A DNA stretch of 64,000 nucleotides, from positions 2,728,001 to 2,792,000 of the forward strand of contig CM022675.1 of the NCBI GenBank assembly GCA_012295275.1, given 5' to 3'. The position numbers and the translations under genes are program-made. The stretch's first letter is position 1. Every line of letters starts with the position of its first letter. A model generated the notes under the pieces. The model was not told the DNA's origin. It searched no databases and worked only from the letters and a program-made list of their open reading frames with translations. The DNA comes from Chrysomallon squamiferum. Its lineage: Eukaryota; Animalia; Mollusca. Shown here in pieces: positions 32,318 through 46,465 of this stretch.

Positions 32318-33350
32318 TACAACGTGATGAGTACTCTGCACACTACACAGTAATCTGACAACGTGATGAGTACTCTGCACACTACACACTAATCTGACAA
32401 CGTGATTAGTAATCTGCACACTACACACTAATCTGACAACGTGATGAGTAATCTGACACTACACACTAATCTACAACGTGATGAGTAATCTGCACACTAC
32501 ACACTAATCTTCAACGTGATGAGTAATCTCCACACTACACACTAATCTACAACGTGATGAGTAATCTCCACACTACACACTAATCTACAACGTGATGAGT
32601 AATCTCCACACTACACACTAATTGACAACGTGATGAGTAATTTACACACTAATCTACAACGTGATGAGTAATCTCCACAAACTCACTAATCTACAACGTG
32701 ATGAGTAATCTCCACACTACACACTAATCTACAACGTGATGAGTAATTCAGTAATCTACAACGTGATGAGTAATCTCCACACTACTCACTAATCTACAAC
32801 GTGATGAGTAATCTCCACACTACACACTAATCTACAACGTGATGAGTAATCTCCACACTACACACTAATCTGACAACGTGATGAGTAATCTCCACACTAC
32901 TCACTAATCTACAACGTGATGAGTAATCTCCACACTACTCACTAATCTACAACGTGATGAGTAATCTCCACACTACACACTAATCTGACAACGTGATGAG
33001 TAATCTGCACACTACACACTACACACTAATCTGAGAACGTGATGAGTAATCTGCACACTACACACTAATCTACAACGTGATGAGTAATCTCCACACTACT
33101 CACTAATCTACAACGTGATGAGTAATCTGCACACTACACACTACACACTAATCTGAGAACGTGATGAGTAATCTGCACACTACACACTAATCTACAACGT
33201 GATGAGTAATCTCCACACTACTCACTAATCTACAACGTGATGAGTAATCTGCACACTACACACTACACACTAATCTGAGAACGTGATGAGTAATCTCCAC
33301 AATACACACTAATCTACAACGTGATGAGTAATCTGCACACTACACATCAA
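32318..33350 (+). repeat. ~36-38-bp minisatellite
   Basis: Unit acaacgtgatgagtaatctccacactacacactaatct, ~28 copies. Confidence 0.93.
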
Positions 33351-34165
33351 CTACAGAGCAACGAGTCTGACAGAAAAATACTCTGTATAACTACAGCAGC
33401 AACAAAGACAGTGCCAACGAAAACTGCGTCTACAACAACCTGCACCACCTGAACAACAACAACAACAACAAAATAATAATAAAAATAAAAATGTCAGGTT
33501 TTATTTTGTTTGATATTATTTTATTTTGATTTATTTATTTATTTATTTTTTTGTATTATTATTATTATTTTTTTTTTTTGAAAACCACAAGAGAAACAAC
33601 GAGGAAGACGAAAGCTGAAAATCAGTTGCACTGAGAAAGACGTTGTAAACAGAGTCCTGTATCTAAATGTGACAACAACAACAACAAACAGTTGAAAGAT
33701 GATTTCAAACCTCAGTTTCAAGTAACACGATGTTTACGTCTGTGCTGCTGTTTCAGAAACCTACATTTCACACAACAACGTCGTTTCGCTCAGGGTTTAA
33801 AAGAAAAACCTGGATATTGATTAAAGTCTAACTTCCTATTGACTGTAATTTAATTTATTTGTTTTGGAACAACAGCTACAACAACGTCTTTGTTGATTTG
33901 TACGTCTGTCCCAGTGCTGCTGACCCCGGATTAATCACTCAGTCAAATTAACTGACCGAGCCTTGTCTATAACACGTCATTTCCGGTTTTTACATCACCG
34001 TTGTTCCTGTGTTTTATTATTTTAGTGCTTTTTTATTATGTATTATTATTACTACTACTACCACAACTACTACTACGACTATTATTACTACAGCTACCAT
34101 TACTATTACTACTTTTATTATTTACACACTAACATGACTACTACTATTAATATTATAATTGTCAC

Positions 34166-34253
<88 letters not shown>

Positions 34254-34399
34254 TGGCGCTTGCGATGTATAAAATTATGCAATGTGTAGAAAATTTCAGT
34301 AAATGTGTAAAATTTTGTTTCAGCAGACTAAGCCATTTTACCTGAACAAATACATGCGTGTGTTACTACGCGATTATGTAATACGATATTAACATAATA

Positions 34400-34665
34400 C
34401 TTAGTTCTAATGGATAGCTTGACCCCTAAAACCTAGGTACAGAGACAAAAATCACCTTCCTATGATGAACAGGTAGGGAGTTGTGGTCATTTATATGTAA
34501 TGGCGGCCATCTTGGATGCCATTTTGAATTTCTCAAATTGCTCAAGAGTGACGATATCACATCAAACAGTTTCTGAAAACAGAGACTCCTGGCTACCTAA
34601 ATGAACAGTAAAAAAAAAAACTGAATACGACAACGCAGGGTTAACCCTCTCTGCTCCCGAACTAG
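34400..34665. mobile_element. Non-autonomous DNA-transposon fragment (possibly Academ-like end)
   Basis: Motifs cttgacccctaaaacctaggtac and atggcggccatcttgga, with a terminal gggttaaccct...ccgaacta; these resemble invertebrate non-autonomous DNA transposons from memory, and the family is not verified. Confidence 0.45.
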
Positions 34666-36523
34666 CGAGGACAGACGTAGTTGTTGAAGTTTAGTGTAAT
34701 AAACTGTATACTACACCCCACACAGATCCGCTCCTGAAATATCAGAACATGAAAAAAAAAAAAAGCGTTTAGGTCTAGCTTATAACAAAATCTGATCCCA
34801 AATCAGTTCGTGAAATACTAGAAGATAAAGAAGAAAAAGCTACTAAAGCAGCCTGAAGCTGTTCAAGTTTAGTTTACATGAAAATGTTTTGTGTTTGTGA
34901 ATTTACTGAATCGCCGGCCTGTGTCTAATTATAACAGCGTGTCACGCGAGTTTAAAGAGATGATCTAATGACAGTGGATGAATTCTAAACAGGATGCTGT
35001 GACACAAGCACAGATTAAATGTGAGACAGATCAAAGGTGATTTTGTTTCCCTCGAAGGGAGATAATTGTAGGTTTTATTCAAAAACCAAGGAATTATTGT
35101 TAAAACGAATTGTTAAATCAGGTCACTCTATCTACCACGTCTGTCTATGTGTCTGTGTCTTTGTGTCTGTGTCTGTGTGTCTGTGTCTTTGTGTCTGTGT
35201 CTGTGTGTCTGTGTCTTTGTGTATTTGTGTATTTGTGTCTGTGTCTCTGTTTCTGTGTGTCTGTGTCTCTGTGTGTCTGTGTGTATGTGTGTCTGCGTCT
35301 GTGTGTCTGTGTCTGTGTCTATGTGTCTGTCTTTTTGTGTCTGTGTATGTGTGTCTGTGTATATATGTATACTTGTGTCTGAGTGCATCTCTGTGTATCT
35401 GTGATTGTCTGTCTGGTTGTCTGTGTGTCTGTGATTGTCCTTCTGGTTGTCTGTGATTGTCTGTCTGGTTGTCTGTTTGTCTGTTTCTGACCCATTGTAT
35501 GTTTTTTCTTCTCTCTCAGGCTCTGTTTGTCTGTACGTGTCTCCATTTAAACAGATTTATCTTCTAGGAAACGTGATTCAACAGACATATATAAAATATT
35601 AACTGAAAAATATAAAAATAAAATAAAATAAAATAAGAAAGAAAGAAAGAAGAGAAACAAGTTTTATACACGCCTTGTAAACAAGTTGTACAGACAGCCG
35701 CTGTTTGATATAAAATCTGTTACTTGCACAAATCACGTGACATATTCTCAACTAGCACTGACAGGGTTTGATCGTTAGACTGACGACAGGCGAGTATTTT
35801 TCACTGGCGGTGTGTCAGGCGTGGACGACAGTCTGTTGCAGCCGATATCTGAAGCAGTAATTTAGCTGTGATGTCTTTACTTGTTATACACAGCAAAATC
35901 TTTCACCGGGCAGGTTTCACACAATGTTCCACTTGAGTGATTTTTTCTATTTATAAATCAAGTATGCCACTGATTAAGAAAAAAAAAAAAACCAGAAGAA
36001 AAAAGAAGTTGACAGTCTATGTTTTCGCGCCAATGGATTTTCTCACAGACTGAAAATAACAAGAAAGAAAAAAGGAAAAGAAACGACCCACTGCTGTGTA
36101 GTCGATGTTTTGTGCTCAGCTTTGAGATACGACTGGGGTCTTCTTCGTGTCTTCGTACACTGTCAGATAAAGTACGTAGAAAACTGAGGAGGTAAATAAT
36201 TACTGTTTTATATATATATATATATATTTTATAAACGTTTCTGTTTTAAACATCTGAATTCCTGTTGCTAAAGATGTCAGTGAGTAAAAATAATGTAATG
36301 TAAAATATATCTATCTATATCTCTGTGTCTAGCTATATCTGTCTATCTATCTATCTATCTATCTATCTATCATCTATCGATTTTTTGCTTTCATTTTTAA
36401 TAGTTCTTTTCTGCCGTAAAATAAATAGAATTCAATAGCGTTATGTATTAGATGTTTTAGTAGCACCATACATTAGTAAATAAATAAATACAAATGTAAT
36501 AAACTTCCATGATTATGTCAAAG

Positions 36524-36590
36524 ACAGTGGCGGACCTACAGTTTTGGAGCCCTAAGAACTGAATTGTTATAGCGACCCTTCGCAAGCAGC
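36524..36590 (+). mobile_element. Possible MITE terminus (CAGTGGCGGA...)
   Basis: cagtggcggacctaca...ggagccc resembles hAT/Harbinger-type TIR starts; no partner end found. Confidence 0.3.
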
Positions 36591-37045
36591 TATGATATCT
36601 GGGTATCTACTCTTATGTTCTATGTCAGTGTCTCATGACAGGTTTTAAAACTGGACACAGATCTCAGATTTTGATTATAATTTTGATTACGGGATTAGGT
36701 TCACTGAAAATTAGGCTTCATTATTTTCATGAATGATCCCTTCTGGTGAAAGGAGTGAAGAAAGAAACACAAAATAAAGGAAGATAAGAAAACATTTTCA
36801 AACATTATACTAACCGCGACTGCATCAATAAATCAGTTTTAAATTATACGAGATGATTTCTTATTTTCTACAACAGAACTGAGATAGGCTATATTCAAAG
36901 CATCTTCACCTTCAGTATCTAGGTACAGCGTTTTCCAGAAAAACCATGCTCTGGCATGATTTGTGTATTTACTTCATGTCAATTTAGCTATTTACTATTT
37001 TATGTTTGTTTCTCGTTCCAGGTTTCTGCTAGAATAGAAAAAATA

Positions 37046-37124
37046 ATGAAAGTCTGGGTTATAATAATTAGTTTCATCTATGTTCAAGGTAAAGTGTAAT
37101 AGTAATCATAATAAATTGTAAGTG

Positions 37125-37159
<35 letters not shown>

Positions 37160-37834
37160 GTGTGTGTATATATATATGTGTATGTATGTTTATATATATG
37201 TATGTATGTGTGTGTGTGTCTGTATATATATATGTGTGTGTGTGTATGTATATATATATATACACATATGTATATATACACACACACAACACACACACTT
37301 ACAATGTATTATGACTACATATATGATTGTGAACACAGGCGGTGATTATTTTGACTGCAGAAGAGACGGACAGAACTGTGCTAATAGTAAAGTTTGTCTG
37401 GAGTCTGATGTCAACGCCGGCTACTGCGACTGCGGTGAAACAACATACACCGGCTACAACTGCGGCCTGGTTGATGGTAAAACATTATTCTATTTTTTTC
37501 TTTGTTTCTTTGCTTGTATCTAGTTATATGTGTATATGTGGATAGATATGTAGATACCTAGATGTCGATGTGTTCCTGAAAACGTGTATTTTATTTATTT
37601 ATATATGCTATCTCTATGTTTTTACATATGAGTGTGTATGGTTATGCGTGTGTCTATGCATAGTCTGTGTGAGAGTGTGTGTGTGTGTGTGTGTGTGTGC
37701 GTGTGTGTAAATTTGTGTTTGTGAGATTGTGTATGTGTATGTATGTACATTTATCAGTTTGTGCGTATGTCTGTGTGTTTGTGAATGTGCGCACAATCTG
37801 TTTGTATGTGTGCATTTGTGTGTTTATGTGTATA

Positions 37835-37875
<41 letters not shown>

Positions 37876-40800
37876 ATTTACGTAAATTATACTTACAGCT
37901 GCTAGAGACTCAGGTCCTTGCACAGATTTGAACAACTACTGCGGCACTGATGGCGGAGTATGCTACAACAACAGCGGCCTCGCTGCATGTTACTGTCCCG
38001 AGGATTCGTACGGTGATCATTGCGAGATTCCTCGCTGTGAGTTGTAACTGAGTTAATTAAACTGTTTTCTGTTAGTTTAAACTGTACTTTCAAACAGATA
38101 ACTGAGTTAATTAAACTGTTTTCTATTAGTTTAAACTGTACTTTCAAACAGATAACTGAGTTAATTAAACTGTTTTCTCTTGGTGTTAGTTTAAACTGTA
38201 CTTTCAAACAGATAACTGAGTTAATTAAACTGTTTTCTCTTGGTGTTAGTTTAAACTGTACTTTCAAACAGATAACTGAGTTAATTAAACTCTGTTCTAT
38301 TAGTTTAAAATGTACTTTCAAACAGATAGCTGAGTTAATTAAACTGTTTTCTGCTGGCGTTAGTTTAAACTGTACTTTTAAACAGATAACTGAGTTAATT
38401 AAACTGTTTTGTGTTAGCGTTAGTTTAAACTGTACTTTTAAACAGACAACTGAGTTAATTAAACTGTTTTCTCTTAGTGTTAGTTTAAACTGTACTTTCA
38501 AACAGATAACTGAGTTAATTAAACTGTTTTCTGTTAGCGTTAGTTTAAACTGTACTTTCAAACAGATAACTGAGTTAATTAAACTGTTTTCTGTTGGCGT
38601 TAGTTTAAACTGTACTTTTAAACAGATAACTGAGTTAATTAAACTGTTTTCTGTTAGCGTTAGTTTAAACTGTATTTTCAAACAGATAACTGAGTTAATT
38701 AAACTGTTTTCTGTTGGTGTTAGTCTAAACTGTACTTTTAAACAGATAACTGAGTTAATTAAACTGTTTTGTGTTAGCGTTAGTTTAAACTGTACTTTTA
38801 AACAGATAACTGAGTTAATTAAACTGTTTTCTCTTAGTGTTAGTTTAAACTGTACTTTCAAACAGATAACTGAGTTAATTAAACTGTTTTCTGTTAGCGT
38901 TACTTTAAACTGTACTTTCAAACAGATAACTGAGTTAATTAAACTGTTTTCTCTTGGTGTTAGTTTAAACTGTACTTTCAAACAGATAACTGAGTTAATT
39001 AAACTGTTTTCTCTTAGTGTTAGTTTAAACTGTACTTTCAAACAGATAACTGAGTTAATTAAACTCTGTTCTATTAGTTTAAAATGTACTTTCAAACAGA
39101 TAGCTGAGTTAATTAAACTGTTTTCTGCTGGCGTTAGTTTAAACTGTACTTTTAAACAGATAACTGAGTTAATTAAACTGTTTTGTGTTAGCGTTAGTTT
39201 AAACTGTACTTTTAAACAGATAACTGAGTTAATTAAACTGTTTTCTGTTAGCGTTAGTTTAAACTGTACTTTCAAACAGATAACTGAGTTAATTAAACTG
39301 TTTTCTGTTGGTGTTAGTCTAAACTGTACTTTTAAACAGATAACTGAGTTAATTAAACTGTTTTGTGTTAGCGTTAGTTTAAACTGTACTTTTAAACAGA
39401 CAACTGAGTTAATTAAACTGTTTTCTCTTAGTGTTAGTTTAAACTGTACTTTCAAACAGATAGCTGAGTTAATTAAACTCTTTTCTCGTAGTGTTAGTTT
39501 AAACTGTACTTTCAAACAGATAACTCAGTTAATTAAACTGTTTTCTGTTAGCGTTACTTTAAACTGTACTTTCAAACAGATAACTGAGTTACTGAGTTAA
39601 TTAAACTGTACTTTCAAACAGATAACTGAGTTAATTAAACTCTTTTCTCGTAGTGTTAGTTTTAACTGTACTTTCAAACAGATAACTGAGTTAATTAACT
39701 CTTTTCTGTTGTGTTAGTTTAAACTGTACTTTCAAACAGATAACTGAGTTAATTAAACTCTTTTCTCTTAGTTTAAACTGTACTTTCAAACAGATAACTG
39801 AGTTAATTAAACTCTTTTCTGTTGTGTTAGTATAAACTGTACTTTCAAACAGATAGCTGAGTTAATTAAACTCTTTTCTGTTGGTGTTAGTCTAAACTGT
39901 ACTTTTAAACAGATAGCTGAGTTAATTAAACTGTTTTGTGTTAGCGTTAGTTTAAACTGTACTTTCAAACAGATAACTGAGTTAATTAAACTCTGTTCTA
40001 TTAGTTTAAACTGTACTTTCAAACAGATAGCTGAGTTAATTAAACTGTTTTCTGTTAGCGTTAGTTTAAACTGTACTTTTAAACAGATAACTGAGTTAAT
40101 TAAACTGTTTTCTGTTAGCGTTAGTTTAAACTGTACTTTCAAACAGAAACTGAGTTAATTAAACTGTTTTCTGTTGTGTTAGTTTAAACTGTACTTTTAA
40201 ACAGATAACTGAGTTAATTAAACTGTTTTCTGTTGTGTTAGTTTAAACTGTACTTTCAAACAGATCACTGAGTTAATTAAACTCTGTTCTGTTAGCGTTA
40301 GTTTAAACTGTACTTTCAAACACATAACTGAGTTAATTAAACTGTTTTCTCTTAGCGTTAGTTTAAACTGTACTTTCAAACAGATAACTGAGTTAATTAA
40401 ACTCTTTTCTCTTAGTGTTAGTTCAAACTGTACGTTCAGTTATAGAATTATGTTAATCAAACTACCGTGTTACTATTTGCTTTGTTTAGATGTTTATTTG
40501 TTTCTACGTGTTAACTGTGTGTTTATGAATTTTATTTCCAGTGAATATATTTGTTTTTAAAAATGTCTTTTTCCTTTTTCTATACATACGTCTATATGAG
40601 TGCACTTTCATTTGAATTCGAAAACAAAAACTGAGGCCTTATATCTTTACATATTATATGTATGTATGTATGTATGTATGTATGAATGTATGAATGTATG
40701 TATATATTAGGTTACAGTTTGATCGGGCCTTGTTCGTTTCAGACGAAGTTTTCTGTGATGAGACATACATGTTTATTGTAATGAATCCATCTGGACGTTT

Positions 40801-41646
40801 CAATGGCGACATTTACGTGTCTGGTAAGAAAGACAACTCTAGCTGCGTGTTTACGGCGAGTAATCTGCCCGCAGGAAGACGGGGACTCAGTCTGAATGTT
40901 AGTGATGCTGACTGCGGCGGATTAATCGTTAATTCGGTTAGACTTTTCCTGCTTTTTTGTCTTTGCTTCTTACTTTTCTTTTTCTCTTTTTTTGTTTGTT
41001 ATTGTTGTTGTTTGTTTTCCAGGTTGTGGTGGTATGGATTATAAAATATTAAATTAAATCACTTTCAGTTAATATAATATATCCGGCTTCCATGTTTATT
41101 TAATTTTTTTCTCTGATATCGAAAAAAAAAAAAAAAAAAAATACTGAGGAACTTTGTTTACAACAGTGTTTTAATTTGAATGCTTCATGGAAACTATAAA
41201 CTATGAAACTTCGACGGAACTGATGTAATATTTTGTTTTATCAGGCTGCAAACAAATCTCGCGACGTTATCGTTCAGTACAACAAACAATACTTGACCAG
41301 CGTCGACAGCAGAGTCACCGTCACGTGTGGCGAAGGAACCAACAGCATCGACATCAGCAGAGGATTTTCCACAAGCGAGTAAGTAACAAACAAACAAATA
41401 ACAGTTTTATTACGTAACTATTTTTGTTATAATAGTACTACTAATAACAGGAAACAAGTAATGTATTATAACATAATTATATTAGCAGTAATTTAAAACA
41501 ACACAATGTACATGAAAAAGTATTTCAATAATTTAAAAAAAAAAAACAGAACACGGTGTATGTATATGTAAAATGTGTTTTAGTGATTTAAAACAACACG
41601 ATATACATGAAAAAAAAATGTCTTTCAGTGATTAAAAAAAAAAAAA

Positions 41647-41677
<31 letters not shown>

Positions 41678-42989
41678 CGCGGTGTGTATGAAAAACCTAT
41701 TTCAGTGATTTAAAACATCAGAATATTCACAACACGCCGACCGTCGATTCGTCTGTTGTGACGTTTAACATCAAGTTGAGTGACGGGTCACTGATTACCA
41801 GCACTGTGTCCTTGCACGAAACACTCACCTTTGAGTTCATAGCTGAAGCAGGTATTACTAAATGAGTGTTTATGTATTATGTATGTATGTATACATCAGT
41901 ATACACATTTACGTATAAGTTTATGTCTCTATATACGTGTACGTATTTGTATATATCTGTTTATGGGTGGGTATACATGCATGTATCCGTTTGTTTTATG
42001 TAAGGTATATGAGCAGTTGTAGACAGATACGTATATAAATATACATTGCTGTGCATGCATGTGCACATATGTTTGTATGTGTGTGTATGTGTGTGTATGT
42101 GTGTGTGTGTGTGTATGTGTGTGTATGTGCGTGTATGTGCGTGTGTGTTTCGTGACTTACGAGATTAAGATTTACACGTAACTGCCTCAGTGTACGCGGA
42201 ATAAACTGCTTTAACTGTCATACGTAACTGTCACAGAATAAACTGTTTTGTCTGTTACACTTAACTGTGACAGTATACGAGGAATAAACTGTTTTAAGTG
42301 TTACACGTAACTGTTACAGAGTACGCGAAATAAACTGCTTTAAGTGTTACACGTAACTGTCACAGAGTACGCGAAATAAACTGTTTTATGTAACGGTTCA
42401 CGTAACTGTTACAGTGTGTACGCGAAATAAACTGTTTTAACTGTTACACTTAACTGTCACAGAGTTACGCGGAATAAACTGCTTTAACTGTTACTCGTAA
42501 ATGTCAAAGAATAAACTGCGATCGGAACCACTAAATTACACGATAGGGAGGAAAAAGTTATTATACCTGTTATTTGTTACTCTTATAGCGTACAAAAAAT
42601 ACACTGTTTTAATTGTTACACGTAACTGTTACAGAGTACGCGGAATAAACTGTTTTAACTGTTACACTTAACTGTCACAGAGTACGCGGAATAAACTGCT
42701 TTAACTGTTACTCGTAAATGTCACAGAATAAACTGTTTTATCTTTTACACGTAACAGTTACACGATAGGAGGAATAAAGTATTATACCTGTTATTTGTTA
42801 CTCTTATAGCGTACAAAGAATACACTGTTTTAACTGTTACTAACGGACGATCAGACGAAGATTTGGAATCTGTGAACATCTAACGGACAACAGGACGAAG
42901 ATTTGGAATGTATGTGAACATCATAGACAACAGGTATGTATGTATGTATGTATGTATGTATGTATGTATGTATGTATGCATGTATGTAT

Positions 42990-43023
<34 letters not shown>

Positions 43024-43808
43024 TGTATGTATGCATGAATCTATGTTTGTATGTATGTGTATGTATGTATGTATGTATGTATGTATAAATGTATGTATGT
43101 TTGTATGTATGTACCTGTTTGTGTGTGTGCGAGCGCGCATGCATCTGTGTGTGGGGTGGGTGGGGGTGGGGGTATGTAGGCATATCGGTTATGTATTTGT
43201 ACATAGATATCGTAAAGGAAATTTCTATACATGATCATTACATAGCTATGACAGGCAGATATAAACATGTTCTTATTTATTTGTCAAAGACTAAATAAAT
43301 GAACAATTTAGATGATTAAAAACGATATTTTATTAAATTAATATAATATTTTATACTTTGTGTTTTTCATGTATATTCATATACAAAATAAAATGACGCG
43401 GTTATGAACAAAACGTCCTGTGTGTGATCACGTAGAACACTGATTTTGTTGTTTCCTGCAGTTGTCCTTCGTCTGAGCTGGGCAAGCTAATGAAACAGAA
43501 ACCAACCAGAGTAAACAACGTCAGCATCACCTTCAGACTGAAAACGTTCAAGTTCTGGAAAACCGACGTCGTGTCAGTGTCGTGTAACGTCAAACTGTGT
43601 CCTCGTGACAGAGGCGAGTTTTGTGACGCAGTAAGTGTTTGTGTAAAACGTGATTTATTTGTATTTGTCTGTACATGTATATGTGTCTAGGCATGTGTGT
43701 GTTTTATATGTGTGTGTGTATGAAAGTCTATGTTTATAAGTATGTATGTATGTATGTATATGTGTGTTTGTGTATGTTTGTATGTATATGTGTGTACCTG
43801 TATCCAGA

Positions 43809-43852
<44 letters not shown>

Positions 43853-44826
43853 GGGAATAACTATAAACTAGATATTTGTTTCATTTTCCAAGGAAGTTTA
43901 GTCTGATTATTTCCCCTTATTATTATTTTTTCTTCTTGTATTTTGTTTTTGTTTTTTTTGTTTGTTTGTTTGTTTGTTTGTTTGTTTGTTTGTTTGTTTG
44001 TTTATTTACGTTAATCAGAAAATGTATGCAAATCATCTAGAGGTAAAAAGAAGCTGAATACACGGAACTGAAAGAAGTCAGTAGGTGAGATATTTAGAGG
44101 TAAAAAGAAGCTGAATACACGAAGATGAGTGTTTTTTGCAGGTTAGCTGTGCTGAAGGAGGAGAAGGTTTTGGAAGAAGAAAAAGAACAACTGACATTTC
44201 TGATGAAACTGTCCTGAAAACGTACACCATCAGTACAACAGAGTCTTTTTCTACACAGAGTAACGTATTTGTATAACTGATCAATACATACACATACATA
44301 CATGCACACATATATACACCATCAGTACAACAGTCCTCTTTTTACTCAGGATAACTTAGATGTGTAACATAGATAACTATATATACACAAACACACACAC
44401 ATAAACATATACCATCAATACAACACACATAAGTACACAAAGTAGTGTTGATGGATGAATGGTATCGTCGTTCGAATACGGTGTGCGGGGGTATCGTACG
44501 TTCCAGTATCTGTAATGCTATAGTTTATTTACTAAATACTGTAGTCTATTTGTGTAAAGCTGTAGTTTGTTTGTGTAGTGATATTGTTTGACTATGTAAT
44601 TCTATAAATTACGTTTAACATTTCAGACCTATCTGATGGTTCTAATCTGACATGCGAGCCGGAAATAAACTTAATGGTTCCCATTCTATGTGGCGTTGCC
44701 ATGGTGATATTCTTAGTGCTGGTCATATGTGTGATTATCTTGCTATTTCTGAGAAACAAAGACAAAGAAATAAAATCGAGACCAGAGTGTGACAGTAATA
44801 ATCACGTGATCAGTGGACGGGGATGA
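37046..44826 (+). CDS. EGF-EGF-ZP membrane protein (molluscan EGF-like/ZP shell-matrix family), with furin site and TM; one ZP-C exon is disrupted in this sequence
   Basis: Join 37046-37088,37339-37476,37899-38036,40743-40936,41245-41378,41706-41851,[42810-42933 damaged],43462-43630,44142-44259,44627-44826. Signal MKVWVIIISFIYVQG; EGF1 FDCRRDGQNC; EGF2 CYCPEDSYGDHCE; four-Cys ZP-N; ZP-C CPSSELGKLMK...FRLKTFKF...VSCNVKLCPRDRGEFCDAVSC; furin site GRRKR; TM LMVPILCGVAMVIFLVLVICVIILLFL. In-frame TAA at 42881. Confidence 0.85.
38040..40440 (+). repeat. 60-bp intronic satellite (~40 copies)
   Basis: Unit aactgagttaattaaactgttttctgttagcgttagtttaaactgtactttcaaacagat; begins immediately after the exon donor at 38037. 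Confidence 0.97.
42175..42840 (+). repeat. ~47-bp minisatellite derived from ZP-C exon acceptor and exon start
   Basis: Unit cacagagtacgcggaataaactgttttaactgttacacgtaactgt; a larger ~240-bp duplication covers 42400-42630 and 42630-42840. Confidence 0.85.
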
Positions 44827-44894
44827 AACAGTTTTGTCAGAAAATACTCGCTATGAATGTTATTCGACATGAAAAACTAACTGTGGTCCTAATT

Positions 44895-45095
44895 CTAAAC
44901 CTAACCTTAACCCTAACTCTAACCCTAACTCTAACCCTAACCCTAACTCTAACCCTAACTCAAACCTAACGCTAACCCTAACGCTAACCCTAATCCTAAC
45001 CCTAAATCTAACCCTAATCCTAGTGCTAACCCTAAACAACCCTAATCCTAACCCTAAATCTAACCATAATCCTAGTGCTAACCCTAAACAGCTCT
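44895..45095 (+). repeat. Interstitial telomere-like (CCCTAA)n array
   Basis: Many ccctaa/ctctaa/cgctaa hexamers about 70 nt after the EGF-ZP stop codon. Confidence 0.85.
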
Positions 45096-45136
45096 AATCC
45101 TGTTTATCCAGACCATCTCTACATCCGTGCCTATCT

Positions 45137-45450
45137 AACTGTACACTATGTAACTGTACACTATGTAACTGTACACTATGTAACTGTACACTTTGTAACT
45201 GTACACTATGTAACTGTACAGTTTGTAACTGGACACTATGTAACTGTACACTTTGTAACTGTACACTATGTAACTACACTTTGTACACTATATAACTGTA
45301 CACTATGTAACTACACTTTGTACACTATATAACTGTACACTTTGTAACTGTACACTATGTAACTGTACACTTTGTAACTGTACACTATGTAACTACACTT
45401 TGTATCTGTACACTATATAACTGTACACTTTGTAACTGTACACTATGTGC
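45137..45450 (+). repeat. 15-bp minisatellite
   Basis: Unit taactgtacact(a/t)tg. Confidence 0.9.
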
Positions 45451-45668
45451 TACCGGTGATAAATATCATTCCAAATGTAAAACGATTTTCATAATAACTG
45501 TCAGCTGAAAATTTACAATAGAGACGACTAAACAAAACAAAATAAAATAGGAACAGAAAATAAAATTAAACTAGATTTGTTATTGGACTTAAAGGTATCT
45601 AAAACAAACGATGTATGAGAACAATATAAAATATTTGTTGTAACTGTAGAGAGAGACTTTGAGAGAAG

Positions 45669-45706
<38 letters not shown>

Positions 45707-46199
45707 CTGAGAGACTTTGTAACTGAGACTGAGAGAGAGAGACTAAGAGACTTGTACAGTGTCAAATCGAAGAGAACTGACCAACAAAAACACTTTGTGT
45801 TCTCTACTGATATATAACTGTAAACTTTAAAATAAATAAATAAATAAAAAGAAAAGAAAAGAAAAAGGAAAAAATCCAGGGAATCTGAATGAAAGGAAAC
45901 ACTGAATGTGATTTATAGAAACATTATTTATTTCACAAAACTGACTTGTAGTTCCCTGCTAAAACCGGCCAGTAAATATCATTCCAAATGTGAAACGATT
46001 TGTATGTGTGAATGTGTGTGTGTGTTTATGTTTATGTGTGTGTGTGGGTGAGTATATGTTGTATGTGTGAGAAATGTGTTTATGTTGTATGTGAGATGTG
46101 ATGTGTGTAAACAAAAAAAAATAAAATAGGAACAGAAAATAAAATGAAACATGTATTTAGTTTTGATTGTGTTGGACTTAAATGTTGTATCTGAAAACA

Positions 46200-46465
46200 A
46201 AGTGTCTGCATATGTGAGCTATTTTCATGAACATTGCAGCATACATTAGTACACATGAAAGAGATTTGATGAGCAGATTTTTGTTAAAAAAGTAATGGTT
46301 CGATTCTTGTAAACACTGAGCAAAGGATCTTTGCAAGGACGTTGTTACTGACGTGCGCACCGAATGAACTGAAAATTAAATCGACACAGCGGCAGCTGCA
46401 TGAAATAAATGTCACGACGACGTTGTAAAGCAGCTGGGAAGGCCTTCACTTGTCGACGTAGTGAA
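46200..46465 (+). repeat. Dispersed direct repeat, copy 1 (partner 53761-54025)
   Basis: gtgtctgcat...aaacactgagcaaaggatctttgcaagga...tcgacacagcggcagctgcatga...acgtagtga; roughly 90% similar to copy 2 by eye. Confidence 0.9.

Noticed and set aside
37902-39515. 537-aa minus-strand ORF (and 39807-40142) with 20-aa repeats
   Set aside because: Translation of the 60-bp satellite (period divisible by 3), antisense within an EGF-ZP intron; no ATG start context or domain.
46178-46360. ORF shared by both direct-repeat copies (QRSFAQCLQESNHY...)
   Set aside because: Short, no consistent start or splice signals, no recognisable domain; similarity is explained by DNA duplication.
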